From assembly GCA_963693365.1 (NCBI GenBank), contig CAVNZM010000015.1:682001-746000 (forward strand): 64,000 nucleotides of DNA, written 5' to 3'. The stretch comes from Amoebidium appalachense. Its lineage: Eukaryota > Protista > Ichthyosporea. The translations under genes were made by a program, and so were the position numbers. Below are positions 1-29,646 of this stretch, piece by piece. The notes beneath the pieces were generated by a model. It was not told the DNA's origin. It made no database searches and saw nothing but the letters and a program-made list of their open reading frames with translations. Positions within the stretch are counted from its first letter, which is position 1, and every line of letters begins with the position of its first letter.

Positions 1-1760
1 CCAACTACACGTATAGGTCCACAAAGCGTGCAGAGAGCAAGTGCACAGCGAAAATGGCGTTGTCGGAAATCACACACGGTGGATGCACACTACAGCACAA
101 ACACACCTGCATCCAAGTGCGCATGCACACAACAAACACACACCGAGCACGCAAACGCCGTCGCATAGCGCACACACACGTACACACCAAGGGTGCACAT
201 AAAACAGCGGGCTCGCCTACACAGCACAGGATATGCGCACAAACGCACAACTGGCCATCCCATCACCATCGAAGTGCAATTGCTTGGTTTAGACGCTGAT
301 GCCCACACATTCCCACACACAAAAGCACATGCATGCCAATAAGAAAGAGCAAACTGATTGTGAATAGTGTCCTTGGCACAAAAAAACTCACCTCACAACC
401 TCGGTCTGGTGCGCATGTTTTGCATCGTTATTTTCTCTAAACCCCAACTGTGACTGCTTCTCTATAGATTGGCTGTTACTGTAGGTGGTTCATGCTTCAT
501 TTTCCTCTCTAAAACAGAGCTAGAACTAATTAGTATATATATACATGTTGCTGTCAATGACCAACTGCCACCTGTGTATTCGTTTGGGTTGTGCTCTTCA
601 CCACCCAATTGTCATACCTCCTGATTATCGTTTCAATAATTCAAATACGATTTATGTGTATATTTGTATATATTCATAGCTCTGAACATAACCCCTTAGC
701 ACATACAAATGCTTTGTGATATAGGACTGTATGACATCAAACATGAAATAGTATAAACAATATATACAACGAAGTGATACAATAATCGAACGAGGCTAAA
801 ACGAAAGCCTTCGTTGCAAACACGGCCCGGCTCAATACGAATTATACGATGACTATTAGTCTTCCATGCGCTACCGCACAAACAAAACATTGTAAAACCC
901 AAAATGAGGATACTTGCGTCATAAGGGGGTCAAGAAGAGCTAGCCGGATAAATTTTAACCTTTGGAACGCGTACAAATTACAAAAAAAAACTGCCACGTG
1001 CGACTGTGGCCTCAGCCGCCGTATGATCTCACGGTGTGCACGCGCTGCGATGAACTTCACGTTCGCTTCCGATTTTTCCTTACACTCTCGCGACCTCGTG
1101 CATGCTTTCTGTCGCGGCGCCTCGACGGTTCGATAGAGTCCAGTGTTCGCTGAATGTGTAAGGAAAAATAAGGAGCCATCTCAGTAGGTGGCAGCCGTAT
1201 GATCAACTACACTCTGTTTTTCAAGGGTATGAGTTGGCGCGTGATCAGTCGCTTCGGAAGGGAAGTTTTTGTCAGCCTTGAAAAATAAGAGCTACCTCCA
1301 AAGGTAGCAAGAAAAAAAAGCTCACTGACACCTGTCTGCCTGTCTGCCTGTTCAGCACTGGAGAAGGTGTGGGAAAGAAAGAAAGAGAGAGGAAATAGTG
1401 AACATGCTTTAATATAGTCGCATAGCCTACATTGTCTTTTGGGTAACAACCCGTTTTTAACCCTAACATGCGCAGCCAAAACCACCCCCATCTACCCCAT
1501 CTCCTCCAACCATCAGGCTATCTTCTTTTCCTTGCCGAATGCATTCAATATTTGCTAGATCGAGGTTCTGGGCGTATAGATGGCTAAACCTTTCCGTGAC
1601 AGAATTAGCCAATTGACATCTGCTGACAGTAACGGGAACAAATATAGGCATATGCAAAGCCTTTAGCCCTATATAGTAAGGGAGAATCTGCCGATTGGGA
1701 AATACCGTGCACTGCCATGGGGAAAGGCCCTCAGGCCCCATACATAAGGCTTTGCTCAAA

Positions 1761-9655
<7,895 letters not shown>

Positions 9656-10206
9656 GGTGATGGACTGCACATTCTGTGCGCGCGTATGTGTGTGAGTGTG
9701 CGCACGCGCGCGTGTGTGAGAGTGTATTCGTGGCTGCTTGGTTCGTGTGGGGAAGACATGCGACTGTGGTGTGCGTGGAACGGTGGGTAGAAGAGGTGGA
9801 TTGCGTCAAGATGGAAGAATTGAGAATGCAAAGCAGGAAATAGTGTGAATCACAACCTAGCCAGTGCATGTAAAATGTAATCTGTTATCAGAACAGTAGA
9901 ATCGGACCGCAGAGAAAGACAGAACGGGAAAGAAAGGCGTCGTGGACAACAATACCACGTTCAAAGAAAGGCGTTACAGGATAACATGGCTACGTTCAAA
10001 GAAAGGCGTCATTATCACTTGATGCCACTAACCACTTAGAAGCTCATCTGTTGTGCCCAGCGAATCTGGAAACGTAAAACCGTATGTGCACTGTTAAAGG
10101 AAGCATTTTATTTAGCTGCAAGTTCCGGTGAGAGCAACCCTGCTTCCCTTTTGGCGCTCCAAGTGAAGCCTTTAATCTTTTTTTTTTTCTGACGTAAATT
10201 TAAACT

Positions 10207-10312
10207 TTTTCGCGCCATTTCTCAAACAACAATTACCATATATGGTAGGTCGTTAATGTAGTGCGTCTCTACCATATTTGGTAGCTCTTAGACCTTGATG
10301 ATTCGCTCACGC
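10207..10312. promoter_or_regulatory. Conserved upstream block of paralogue 1: TTTCGCGCCATTT plus two CArG boxes
   Basis: TTTCGCGC matches the E2F consensus and overlaps GCCATTT. It is followed by CCATATATGG (within the palindrome TACCATATATGGTA) and CCATATTTGG. The same order recurs at 18813-18920. Confidence 0.5.
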
Positions 10313-10331
10313 CCTTGTTTTGGGATTTTGA

Positions 10332-10368
<37 letters not shown>

Positions 10369-10830
10369 CCCCGCCCCCCACCCTTAACAATGACTTTGAT
10401 GATAATGATGATAGAATTTAAATCTAACCGAAACCATACACATACCCTTTCCTGTAAAATTCAAACCTACAGTAACAGTTGATGGCTGGCCATGCATTCT
10501 CCCCCCCCAATAATAAACACCCACCCGGCGCCCCAACCCTACCCCTTCCATGCGGCCAAGTTGCTCATATAAGTAGTAAGTATGAGATGTCGTTTGAACG
10601 CTTTCATCTTCCCTTTGAGGTACCAAACATAAATGGATGGATTTCCACCTGCAGCCTTGGCAATGCCTCCTTGCGCAAACATTCCGTACCTGGTGGTGCC
10701 CATGCCGAACACCTGTCAACATGCCACATCTCAAAGCCATACATGCAGCTACAGGGAAAGGGGAAGGTCAAGGTCCCTCTCTAACACACGCCCTGTATTA
10801 TGGCATGTGACGCAGCTATGCGGCGCGGGG

Positions 10831-18417
<7,587 letters not shown>

Positions 18418-18812
18418 GGTGATAGACTGCACATCCGTGTGCGCGCGTGTGTGTGTGTGCGTGCGTGTGCGTGTGTGTGGGAGTGTATACGTGTCTGTGT
18501 TAAGCTTTGTTCTGTGTGTGTTAAAACATAGCTAGTTCATGTAAAAATGTGGTCTGCTACCAGAACAGTAGGCTAGGGCTGCCGAGACAGACAGACAAAA
18601 TGGGAAAGAAATGGGTCACATGATAACATGGCTACGTTCAGAGCAAGGCTTCATGCCATCACCTAATATTACTAATTGGCAATTAGAGCTCATCTTTTGT
18701 GCCAATCAAAGCAAGTTTTTCTGGAAACGTAAAACCTTGTATATATATAAGCACTGTATAAAACTCTTGCGCACCCACCTCATGTAAAACCATCCCAGTT
18801 GCCATGGCGAGA

Positions 18813-18920
18813 TTTCGCGCCATTTTTCATCGAGTACTTGCCATATATGGTAGGTCTTGCACCTTATGCGTACCTACCATACTTAGTAACTTGTAAGCCT
18901 TGATGATTCGATCTCAGCCG
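18813..18920. promoter_or_regulatory. Conserved upstream block of paralogue 2: TTTCGCGCCATTT plus CArG box
   Basis: TTTCGCGCCATTTT...CCATATATGGTAGGTC...CTACCATACTTAGTA...CCTTGATGATTCG aligns to 10207-10312 while the flanks differ. Confidence 0.5.
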
Positions 18921-18961
18921 CGGCTCAATCGGAGATCCCCCCCCCCCCCCCCCCCTCCCCA

Positions 18962-18992
<31 letters not shown>

Positions 18993-19232
18993 CCAACCAA
19001 CCAACCAACCACCACCACCACCACCACCACCACCACACGCACGTGTCACACACATACACACACACACACACACGCTTCCCATGTGCACTGTCATGAACAT
19101 TCCCTTGTGATCCATCCGTGTGTGTGTGTAACTTTTCATGGGTGCTACATAGTGCTAACAACCAAAGAGAATAGTTTAGTTTGCTGTAAACAAGTGTGCG
19201 TGTGTGTGTGTTTGTGTGCACCGTTGTGTGTC

Positions 19233-19270
<38 letters not shown>

Positions 19271-19289
19271 TGTGCACCGTTGTGTGTCG

Positions 19290-19323
<34 letters not shown>

Positions 19324-19426
19324 GTGTGTGTGTCTGTGTGTGTGTGTGTGTCGGTCGGTGTCTGTGTTTGTGTGTGCTTGTGTGCGTGCACGAATGTGTC
19401 GGTCTGTGCACGTGTGTGTGTGAGTT

Positions 19427-19471
<45 letters not shown>

Positions 19472-19930
19472 GTGTGTGTCGATCACTGTGTGTTTTTCGG
19501 TGTTTGTGTGTGTTTGTGCTTACATGTGTGTGTGTAGTGTTTTGAGTTTGTGTGTGTGTGTGTTGGAGATCCGGAGGGGAGGGGAGGGAGGAGGAGGAGC
19601 GGGGGCTCGAACTCACTAATATTAGGCAACCCTGTTGCACGATACACTCAATACGTCCTTAAAATTCTATTGAACTGATATGTGTGATGATTGACCACAT
19701 GCATGTATTGATTGTCGCTACTCGGCGTGTCTATGTGTCAGTGCCAGTTTGTTTTTGTGTGTGCGGCCCTGGGGCGCGGAGGGGGGAGGGGAAAAAGGGG
19801 GGGGGGGGGGGGGGGGGGGGGGGGAGCTCATCGATTACTTACTTGGTATCATTTTAGGGATATATCATAATAGGCAGATGTGCAATCAAGAGGTGAGAGG
19901 CCTGGAAGAAAAAGCGTATGCGTGTGTCAC

Positions 19931-20013
<83 letters not shown>

Positions 20014-20544
20014 TTTGGAAGGAAGGTCCCGGGGGGGGAAGGGGGGGGGGGGGGGGGGGGGGCTGGAATGTGCTATCGGCAGAGTACGAAGAGAAGGACG
20101 AAGTACATGTTCACAACGGACAACACCAGTGAATGCGCAACTCGCAGAAACGAGCACACACAAAAAAGACTTGACCATTAGCTGGGGAGGATGATGGGCC
20201 AGGGGGAGGGGGGGGGGGGGGGGGGGGGGGGGGGTGAAGTTGAGGGCGGGCGCGAGATGGGGGAAGGGGGGGGGGGGGGGGGGGGGGGGGATTTGAACAA
20301 ACGGGTTTGAATATCTGGTACTTGGAATTCCAGCCACTGAGTGCCACTCCGACACCTACAGATCACGTTCTGCCTATGTTTGCAGTCGGACTTGTGTGCA
20401 TGGCACCCAGCGCCATGCACGGTTATCCCAACCAGTTTGTTCTGCCATTTCAAGCCATAGGACGCAAACATGTGCAATGAGTAGTACACTGAATATCCCA
20501 GGCTGGGGAGCGAGGGAGAAGAGGTGGGTGTAGGGGTAGCGTGC

Positions 20545-20995
20545 ATTCACTGGATATCCGATGTTTGTATACTACTTGTAGTATGTGAAAGTTACCATCA
20601 TCCACCGTATATCCATTGGATATATCTGCTGCGTAGCTTAGCTGAGCACATAGATGGCGCAGTAACTACTGTACTGTCGGTGCTGTGTGGTTGACGGTAA
20701 TATTTACTAGTTCCCTGGAGGGCCTGCAAAAGTCCTCCGGGAACCGGATTAATTTAAATTGAAAATAAAATAAAAATAAAAATAAAAATATCTGCTGCTT
20801 GTGATTTGTGTGAGAACATCACACACCATATATCAACCGGATATCTGCTGCTCATATATTAAGCAGTGAGTAAGCGTCAACATCTGACACCGTATATCCA
20901 CTGGATATCATATCTACCTCTTAAAGTCAGTATAGTACAAACTGAAAGCCTAGTGCGCATACACCCGGTCTGCATATCCATTGGATATCTACCAC
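20545..20995. repeat. Array of palindromic core repeats (C)ACCGTATATCCAnTGGATATCT(G/A)C downstream of lectin copy A
   Basis: Cores near 20548, 20603, 20826, 20889 and 20973, separated by dissimilar sequence; one unit is interrupted by a SINE-like insertion. Confidence 0.75.
20633..20787 (+). mobile_element. Short non-LTR retroposon (SINE or 5'-truncated LINE 3' end)
   Basis: 11-bp target-site duplication ATATCTGCTGC (20622-20632 and 20788-20798), (AAAAT)n tail, 3' stem-loop TTCCCTGGAGGGC..GCAA..GTCCTCCGGGAA; absent from the paralogous array at 24.5-24.9 kb. Confidence 0.75.
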
Positions 20996-21088
20996 TTATA
21001 TTTAGAGTGCATGTTGTATGCTTCCAGTTGGTAGTGGTCAAACAGTTAAACCTTGCTCTAGCCTCCTCCTCCTCCTCCCCCCTGTCTC

Positions 21089-21121
<33 letters not shown>

Positions 21122-21442
21122 TAAAAAAAAATAAAAAATATGTGCAATGAGACATGCACGCACACACACATTCCACCCAACATATGCGCAAATATCAGAG
21201 GCCGTTGTTCTCTATGGATGCGAGGTCTCCATGGAGATTGAAAGTTATCTGCCTTGCATAACCGATCAAAAGAATGAGACAACTACTCTGGCACAAGCCA
21301 AAAAGTTGCACATAAGTGTAAATATAGCTAAAGCACCATGAAAGCTAGCTGGCAAAAAAAGCCCAGGGCTAACTAAACTCAACCCAGGGATAAGATAATC
21401 ACGAAAATTAAATTCGAATTCCGGGGCTTTTGTGGGTAGCAT

Positions 21443-23362
<1,920 letters not shown>

Positions 23363-23829
23363 TTGTGAGTAACGAGAAATGTTTTGGAACGTTCAATTGG
23401 CGGAAGAGTGGGCGTGTGTCTGACTCTGTGTGTGTGTGTGTGATGTGTGTGCATGCACATGAGTTTGTGAGGAGCTGAAAAAAACTGGCGCAAACTCTCG
23501 TGAGTTGTTTCTCCAATTTTCTAAGTTGCTCAGACGAAGAAATCCACAAAAAAATCTCTAGCTGGACACACAGGCAAATGTCAATTATTTACATTGTGCT
23601 GTGCGTACTGTATGTTTATTCAAGGCCTTTTTCTAGGGGGAGATATGATAGCGGCCTAGCGGTGAAACGTAGCCTACCGGCTGCACTAGCTAAACCACAA
23701 ACACTTGTTTTCTGATTACTCCTGATTTTTAGGCCTAGCGGACGCAAACGGCACGACGACCAAGTCCGAGTGGGGCCACAGGCTGTGCGCTTGGGCTAAA
23801 GGTGTTCAAAATTGGCCCGTGTAAGGTTA

Positions 23830-23860
<31 letters not shown>

Positions 23861-24516
23861 TTTATACCACAAGGATATCTACGACCCCTAAAGCTCTCTC
23901 TTGTCCGCTGGGTTTGAAAGGTTGGTGGCGTGCAGTGCTGAGCGATTGTTTTTACGGTTGGCGTACGCGTACGTCGGTGTGATATGTATATATGAGCAAT
24001 GTGTAATTCTTGTGCCGTATTGAGTATATTGTAGTTGCGTTGTTTTATGTATAGATTTGACTATATTATAAGTAACGAATCCATGGGACTTATACTCTTG
24101 GCGTAACATGACCCATCAAAGCCACGCACACACTGCTGTGGGATCATTATAAGAAAGAGTTTTGGGCGCCTTATGTATTCACAGTGCCTCAATAGAAGAA
24201 AAAATAGACCAAAAAAATGAATTTATAATATAAGCTTCGGAGGGTATTGCAGACTAATTGTTCCTAAGGTATACAAGGATGATATGGCATTCCTGAGATA
24301 TTCCTGGAATTGAATAAATGTTTTTCCGGCCAAGTGCTGCCACTCTGGGCACCGACAGATCATGTTGTGGCGCATCTGTCTATGTTTGCGGTCGAATTTG
24401 TGTGTCATGCACGCAGCGCCATGCACGTACATATAGTTATTCAATCTGTTTGCCTGCCAATGCAAGCCATCATGTGGAATACAGTGAGTAGCATGAGTGA
24501 TGGTGTGTCATGCACG

Positions 24517-24845
24517 GGATATATTCACTGGATATCTGCCTCTTTTAATTAGTACACCGTATATCCAGTGGATACCTGCCGCAGTCATATAGTGTTAAAT
24601 GAAAGTATATATGATCCGTGACACCGTATGTATATCCACCGGATATATCTACTGCTCAAAATTAGTGTGCATATGAGGACATCACGCTCCGTATATCCAC
24701 TGGATATCTGCTGTGTATTCACAGTCTAATAGTGTGTAAACGTGTAAACACGCTAACCGTATAACCACTGTATATCTGCTGCCTGTTTGGAAATTACTGT
24801 GTAAATAGTCACCGTGTATTCCCTGACCCATCTACCTCTTGAATC
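24517..24845. repeat. Array of palindromic core repeats CACCGTATATCCAnTGGATATCTGC downstream of lectin copy B
   Basis: About six cores (near 24519, 24555, 24621, 24689, 24756, 24810), mostly 55-70 bp apart, with AT-rich, poorly conserved intervening sequence. Confidence 0.8.
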
Positions 24846-25005
24846 AGCATACTACGGTAAAACCAGTAGCATGAACCACATGCACTAGGCACGCAGATCG
24901 ACTCAATATCCACCACTTATATTTAGGATGCATGTGAAACACTTTCAGTTGGACGTGGTCATAACTATGCTGTAACGTTGGGTGCCATTGGGGGGGTTCC
25001 CCTCC

Positions 25006-25057
<52 letters not shown>

Positions 25058-25422
25058 GAAGAAGAAAGACAGTCACAAACACACACACACTACCCAACAT
25101 GCCCGTTACATCCCTTCACCCCCTCCCCACCGCATGTCTGCAAACACCCTTGCGCAACTATTAGAAGGCCGGTGTCCCCTACGGATGCGAGGTCTCTCTG
25201 GGGATGTCAGAACTCCAAAAGTTATCTTCCGCACATAACCGACCCAAAAAATGAGACAAGTATTCTGGCACAAGGTAAAAAGTTGCACACAAGCGATAAA
25301 ATAGCTAGAACGCCATGAAAGCTAGCTGGAAAAAAAGCCCGGGGTAACCAAACGCAACCCAGGGATAAAGCAATCACGAAAATAAAAAAGCAAACTCCTG
25401 TACTTTTGTGGCTACATAGTAT

Positions 25423-25649
25423 TTATATAGAGGTTCGTGATTCGGTGCCGTTGGTGCCTGTCTTGCACAAATCCTCCGGGAAAATTCCCGATTCCCAGAT
25501 CTGATTCCCGGTTGCATCGACTACGATTAGGTTTCCATCGGGTCCGATCATCGCCTGATCGGCAACCGCATTTGGTGGTGTGGTCGTGGGGGCCCAAACT
25601 TGTCGGAAGGGGGCCACGGTACTGACGAGCTGGAACTTGCCGTCCTTGA

Positions 25650-25722
<73 letters not shown>

Positions 25723-26917
25723 GTGCACGCATGTACACATGTTTGTGAGGAAAGGGGAGGTTGGGGCGGGGGGAGGGTGAGGAGGGGAAATCCATACAGA
25801 TTGAGTAGTAATAGGGGGGGGGGGGGATTAGACGTTATAAATACTATAAAGCTATAAATCATGTGGGAAGATAGCACCGCCTAGCACATAGCCAGATTTA
25901 GAAGCGAAATATCAGGAGGATATCGGGGGAGGGGGGCGGGGGGGGAGAGGGAAGGGGGAGGAGAGGGGAGGGGGAAGCAGGGAGAGGGAAGGGGGGAGGG
26001 GGGAGGGGGGGGGAAGGAGGAAGAGATTCGTATAATGTTATACACGGCGGCGAAAACAGGCAAGATGAAGAAGGGCAAGTGCAAGTATAGTCTCTGTTCC
26101 ATTACGAGAATTCTCTCTCTCTCTCTCTCTCTCTGTATGTGTGCGTGCGTGCGGGGTAGGGGGGGGGGGGGGGGGGGGAGGAGAAGGGGATATTCAGTAC
26201 AGGTGTGCATGTAATCCCTTCTAGAAGAAGTCGCCAGAACCAGCTACAACGAACCACAGGGAGACCAAAAAAAAAAAAAAAAAAAAAGAGGGGAAAAAAA
26301 CAACAACGAAAAGTGCAGGGAGAGGAGGGACTTTGGGGGAAGGGAAAAAAAGAAGGGGGGGGAAAAAAATGAACATAAATACGGGTGCATACCGTCAGCT
26401 GGAACGGGTGACGACCCGGTACCCCCGCGGATTTTGAATCCCACAGGTCGACTCCTCCCTCCGATCGCACGATTGCGACATTCCCGTCCGTCTGCAGTTT
26501 GACTTTGTAGCCACACGGCCCCACCAATTCTTTACCCTCCTCCAGGGGTTTCTCGGATGTGATTGGCCCGGCTGCGACCAATGAAAAGAGTGTATCAATT
26601 GTGAGTCACGTGACCTGGTGAAGTTTTCACTTATCAATTTATCTAATTTTTTGGTATTCTTTCACACAGTGATCTTTTCAAAGTTTCCTTGCAACCTTCT
26701 ATCATACTGATATCGGGTGGATACTACACACGCATGCATGTGGTTGCTTTTTGCCTATGGTTGCGTATCGGGGAGTGCGGTTTTTACCCATGATAGGCAT
26801 GTAGCCCTGGCAGGGAACCACTCCCTTTTCCTCTTTCCACACACAGAATCTCGTGCGCGTAGCGCGCGCGCACACACACACATGAGGAGGAGGCCCAAGG
26901 CCCAAAGACACAGTAAC

Positions 26918-26951
<34 letters not shown>

Positions 26952-28118
26952 TTTCCTCCCTCTCTCTACACCACCACCACCACCACCACCACCACCAACA
27001 CACCACCCTTAACCATTCAAAAAAAAACACTTTTTGTGCAATTTCCGACCTCACTCACCTTGAGGGAATGCAGCCAGATGGGCCTTAGGGTCAAAACCAA
27101 TCAAAGCCCTTGCACCGGGTTTTGGGGGTCCCTCCAACGACGCTAACGGTTTCACTGCCGCGCCAACGGCCGTGGGTTTATCGGGAACGGCCGGCGCAGG
27201 TCCAGAGGGGGATGAGGGGCCAAGGGGGCCAGCAGGGCCCGGACCTGAAGCGGGCCCAGACCCTAAAGCGGGACCGGGGCCCATGGGCCCGGGGTTACGG
27301 GGGGAATCGGGGCCGGCTCTCGTGGGGTCAAAAGGTGAATCTGGGCTGCCTCCGGAGGGGTTTCTAGGGGAATCGGGGCCGCCTCTCGAGGGGTATAGAG
27401 GGGAATCTGGCCATAGGCCGACTCTCGAGGGGTTTAGAGGGGAAGCGGGGTCGGTTCTCGGGGGGCCAAGAGGCGAATCTGGGCCGGCTCTTGTGGGGTT
27501 AAGTGAAGAATCGGGGCCCGGGCCTAATTGACCCGGATTAAGTGGCTTACGCCGTTTTCCTTCGTTTTGAAATTCATCACCGTCATCGCTATCGTAACCA
27601 TCATCATATTCACCATATTGTTCTTCGTCTTGAATATAGTCGTTGTCTTGGGGATGTCTGCGATATCCCGAGTATCTGTTGGCTCTCACCTTTTCCTCCC
27701 AGTCCCGGTCGAATTTGGCGCGGGCTGCAATAGGCCAATCAATGACATAGTCCTTTTTCCCCTCGTAATCGTATTCGTCTTGAAGGTCTTTCCCCTCTTC
27801 TTCTTCGGCCCAATCCCTATCCGACTTGTAGTTTTTCCGCGCAGGAGGGTAGTAATCCCACCGGTTTTTGGCGGCCTCGAGCTCCTTTGAGTAGATCTTC
27901 GCTTTGTAATCGTCAATTTCATCAAAGCGTGCGTACTTTGTTGGCTGGTTCCAGTAGTGGTCCTCATCAGAAATAATACGGTGTTTTAGAGGCCGGTTTT
28001 CGATATCAGCACCCCATTTCCGGTCCCTGTGTTCAAAATACTGCCGTGGGTAGGCATTTATCCCTGGGACGGTGAGGAGAGCAATTGTGGCCAAAACAAG
28101 GGCCTGTGTGTGCTTCAT
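25423..28118 (-). CDS. Secreted ~488-aa protein: signal peptide, acidic Tyr/Trp-rich region with dibasic sites, Pro/Gly 11-aa repeats, C-terminal bulb-type lectin domain (copy B, intact)
   Basis: Exons 28118-27059, 26571-26393, 25650-25423 are phase-consistent (1467 nt). QTDGNVAI and GPDGNLIVVDATGNQIWES resemble the QxDxNxVxY / DGNLVL..W.S signature of bulb-type lectins. Confidence 0.85.
27285..27545 (-). repeat. Coding ~33-bp tandem repeat encoding GPDSPLNPSRx-like units
   Basis: GPDSSLNPTRA-GPDSPLGPPRT-DPASPLNPSRV-..PDSPLYPSRG-GPDSPRNPSGG-SPDSPFDPTRA-GPDSPRNPGPM in ORF 27051-28118. Confidence 0.85.
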
Positions 28119-28944
28119 TTTCGAGTAACGAGAAATGTTTCTGAATGTTCAACGGGCGGGAGAGCCTGCGCGTGACTCTCTCTCTGTGTGTGTGTATGTG
28201 TGAATTGTGTGTGTGTGTGTGCATGCATGCACATTTGTTTGTGGGAAGCTATTTAGCACTGGCGGCGCAGACTCTCGTGGGTTGTAACTCTATTTTGCGT
28301 TGTACACCTCAAAAAACTTTCAAATATTAGTTGGACACACAGGCAAATGTCAATCAATTACTTTGTACTGTGCATACGGTGTGTTTATTTGAGAGGGAGA
28401 ATGATACATATGATGAAAGCCTAAGTGGTGAAAGGTGGCCTACCCAGCACTAGATTACACACGTGTTTTCGAAGTCTTCGTGGTTTTAGACCTAGCGGAC
28501 GGACACTACGACGATCACATCATCCTGTGTCTGTCTGAGTGGGGCCACAGACTGTGTCGTGAGGGGCTAAATTACGTTCGAAGGTGACCCATGTGGAGTT
28601 ATACCCCCCCCCCCCCCTCCCCCCCCCCCCCCAAAAAAAAAATCAATGCATAGTGTACTTATAACACATAAGTCTACATACAATAACGATTCTCGCTGTA
28701 TTGTGTTTGAAAGGTAGCTACTATAGGTGAAGCGTGTGCTGAGCGATTGTTTAGGATTTTTGTATGTCGGTTGGAGATGTATATATGAGAAATGTATACT
28801 TCTTGTGCCGTATTGAGTATTGTTTGGCCACGTAGTACTAGTAGTTTTACACCATATGGCAGTAATGTATACGTATATATTTAGCGGAGCAGATAAATTA
28901 TAAGTAACCAACCTGGGGGACTTATACTTCTTGGTGTAACATGC

Positions 28945-29646
28945 CAGGCCCTTGCAAAAAAATCCCGTTCTTTGCCCTGAATATCATCCGGGATACATCA
29001 CGAAAATATCGAATGTTGCCCTGAATATAAAAAATATCCCGGAAAAAGCCCCTGAAAAAAAAAAAAAAAAAAGAAAGTAAAAAAAAAAAATGAATATCAT
29101 TTAAAAATATCTTAGGGGCCCCCTCAATATCAGAAGATATATCAAAAATATCTCGACTTTGACCTGAATATCAAGTCAAAATATCCCGATTTTGCTCTGA
29201 ATATCACAAAAAATATCTCTGCTTTTACCCAAATAAAATATAAACGGGATTTTGTTCCGATTTCCGCTATTTTTGTGAGATCCCTTCAGGCAGCATATAC
29301 CCCAAGGTTGTCATTCAAAAAGTAATCCAAAGCAATCCGGTCACTTTAGGACCCTTTTTAGGCTAAAACGAAGGATTTGGTAGTGCAGGAGATGCAAAAT
29401 TTGATTTTTCTGTAACATTTTGTTGAGTTTTTCACATATTTTTACATTGAAAGCAAGGGATAAATCCCGTTTTAAGGCCGGGATATATCGTGCCCCGAAA
29501 GATATTTATGATATATCATTTTTTGGTCCATCCCCTGAATATCATTAGGTATATCTTGCCTAGCCCCTGAATATCACGAGATATTTCATGTATCGAATTA
29601 GCCCCTGAATATCAAAAGATATGCGGGATTTTTTTGCAGGGGCCTA
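28945..29646. mobile_element. Non-autonomous DNA transposon (MITE) with ~23-bp TIRs, hAT-like YAG ends
   Basis: Left end CAGGCCCTTGCAAAAAAATCCCG; right end (reverse complement) TAGGCCCCTGCAAAAAAATCCCG. Many internal CCCTGAATATC motifs. The paralogous site at ~24104-24116 (TAACATG|ACCCA) lacks it. No clean 8-bp TSD; AACATG occurs on both sides with short filler. Confidence 0.8.

Noticed and set aside
24517-24845. True CRISPR array
   Set aside because: Repeats are degenerate, spacers vary in length and share TAGTGT-like words, the context is eukaryotic, and no cas genes are present. Kept only as an unexplained repeat array.
27172-27531. Collagen-like Gly-X-Y ORF on the plus strand
   Set aside because: It is the antisense shadow of the Pro-rich repeat in the lectin gene (CCN codons read as GGN); the triplet register is broken and there is no signal peptide.
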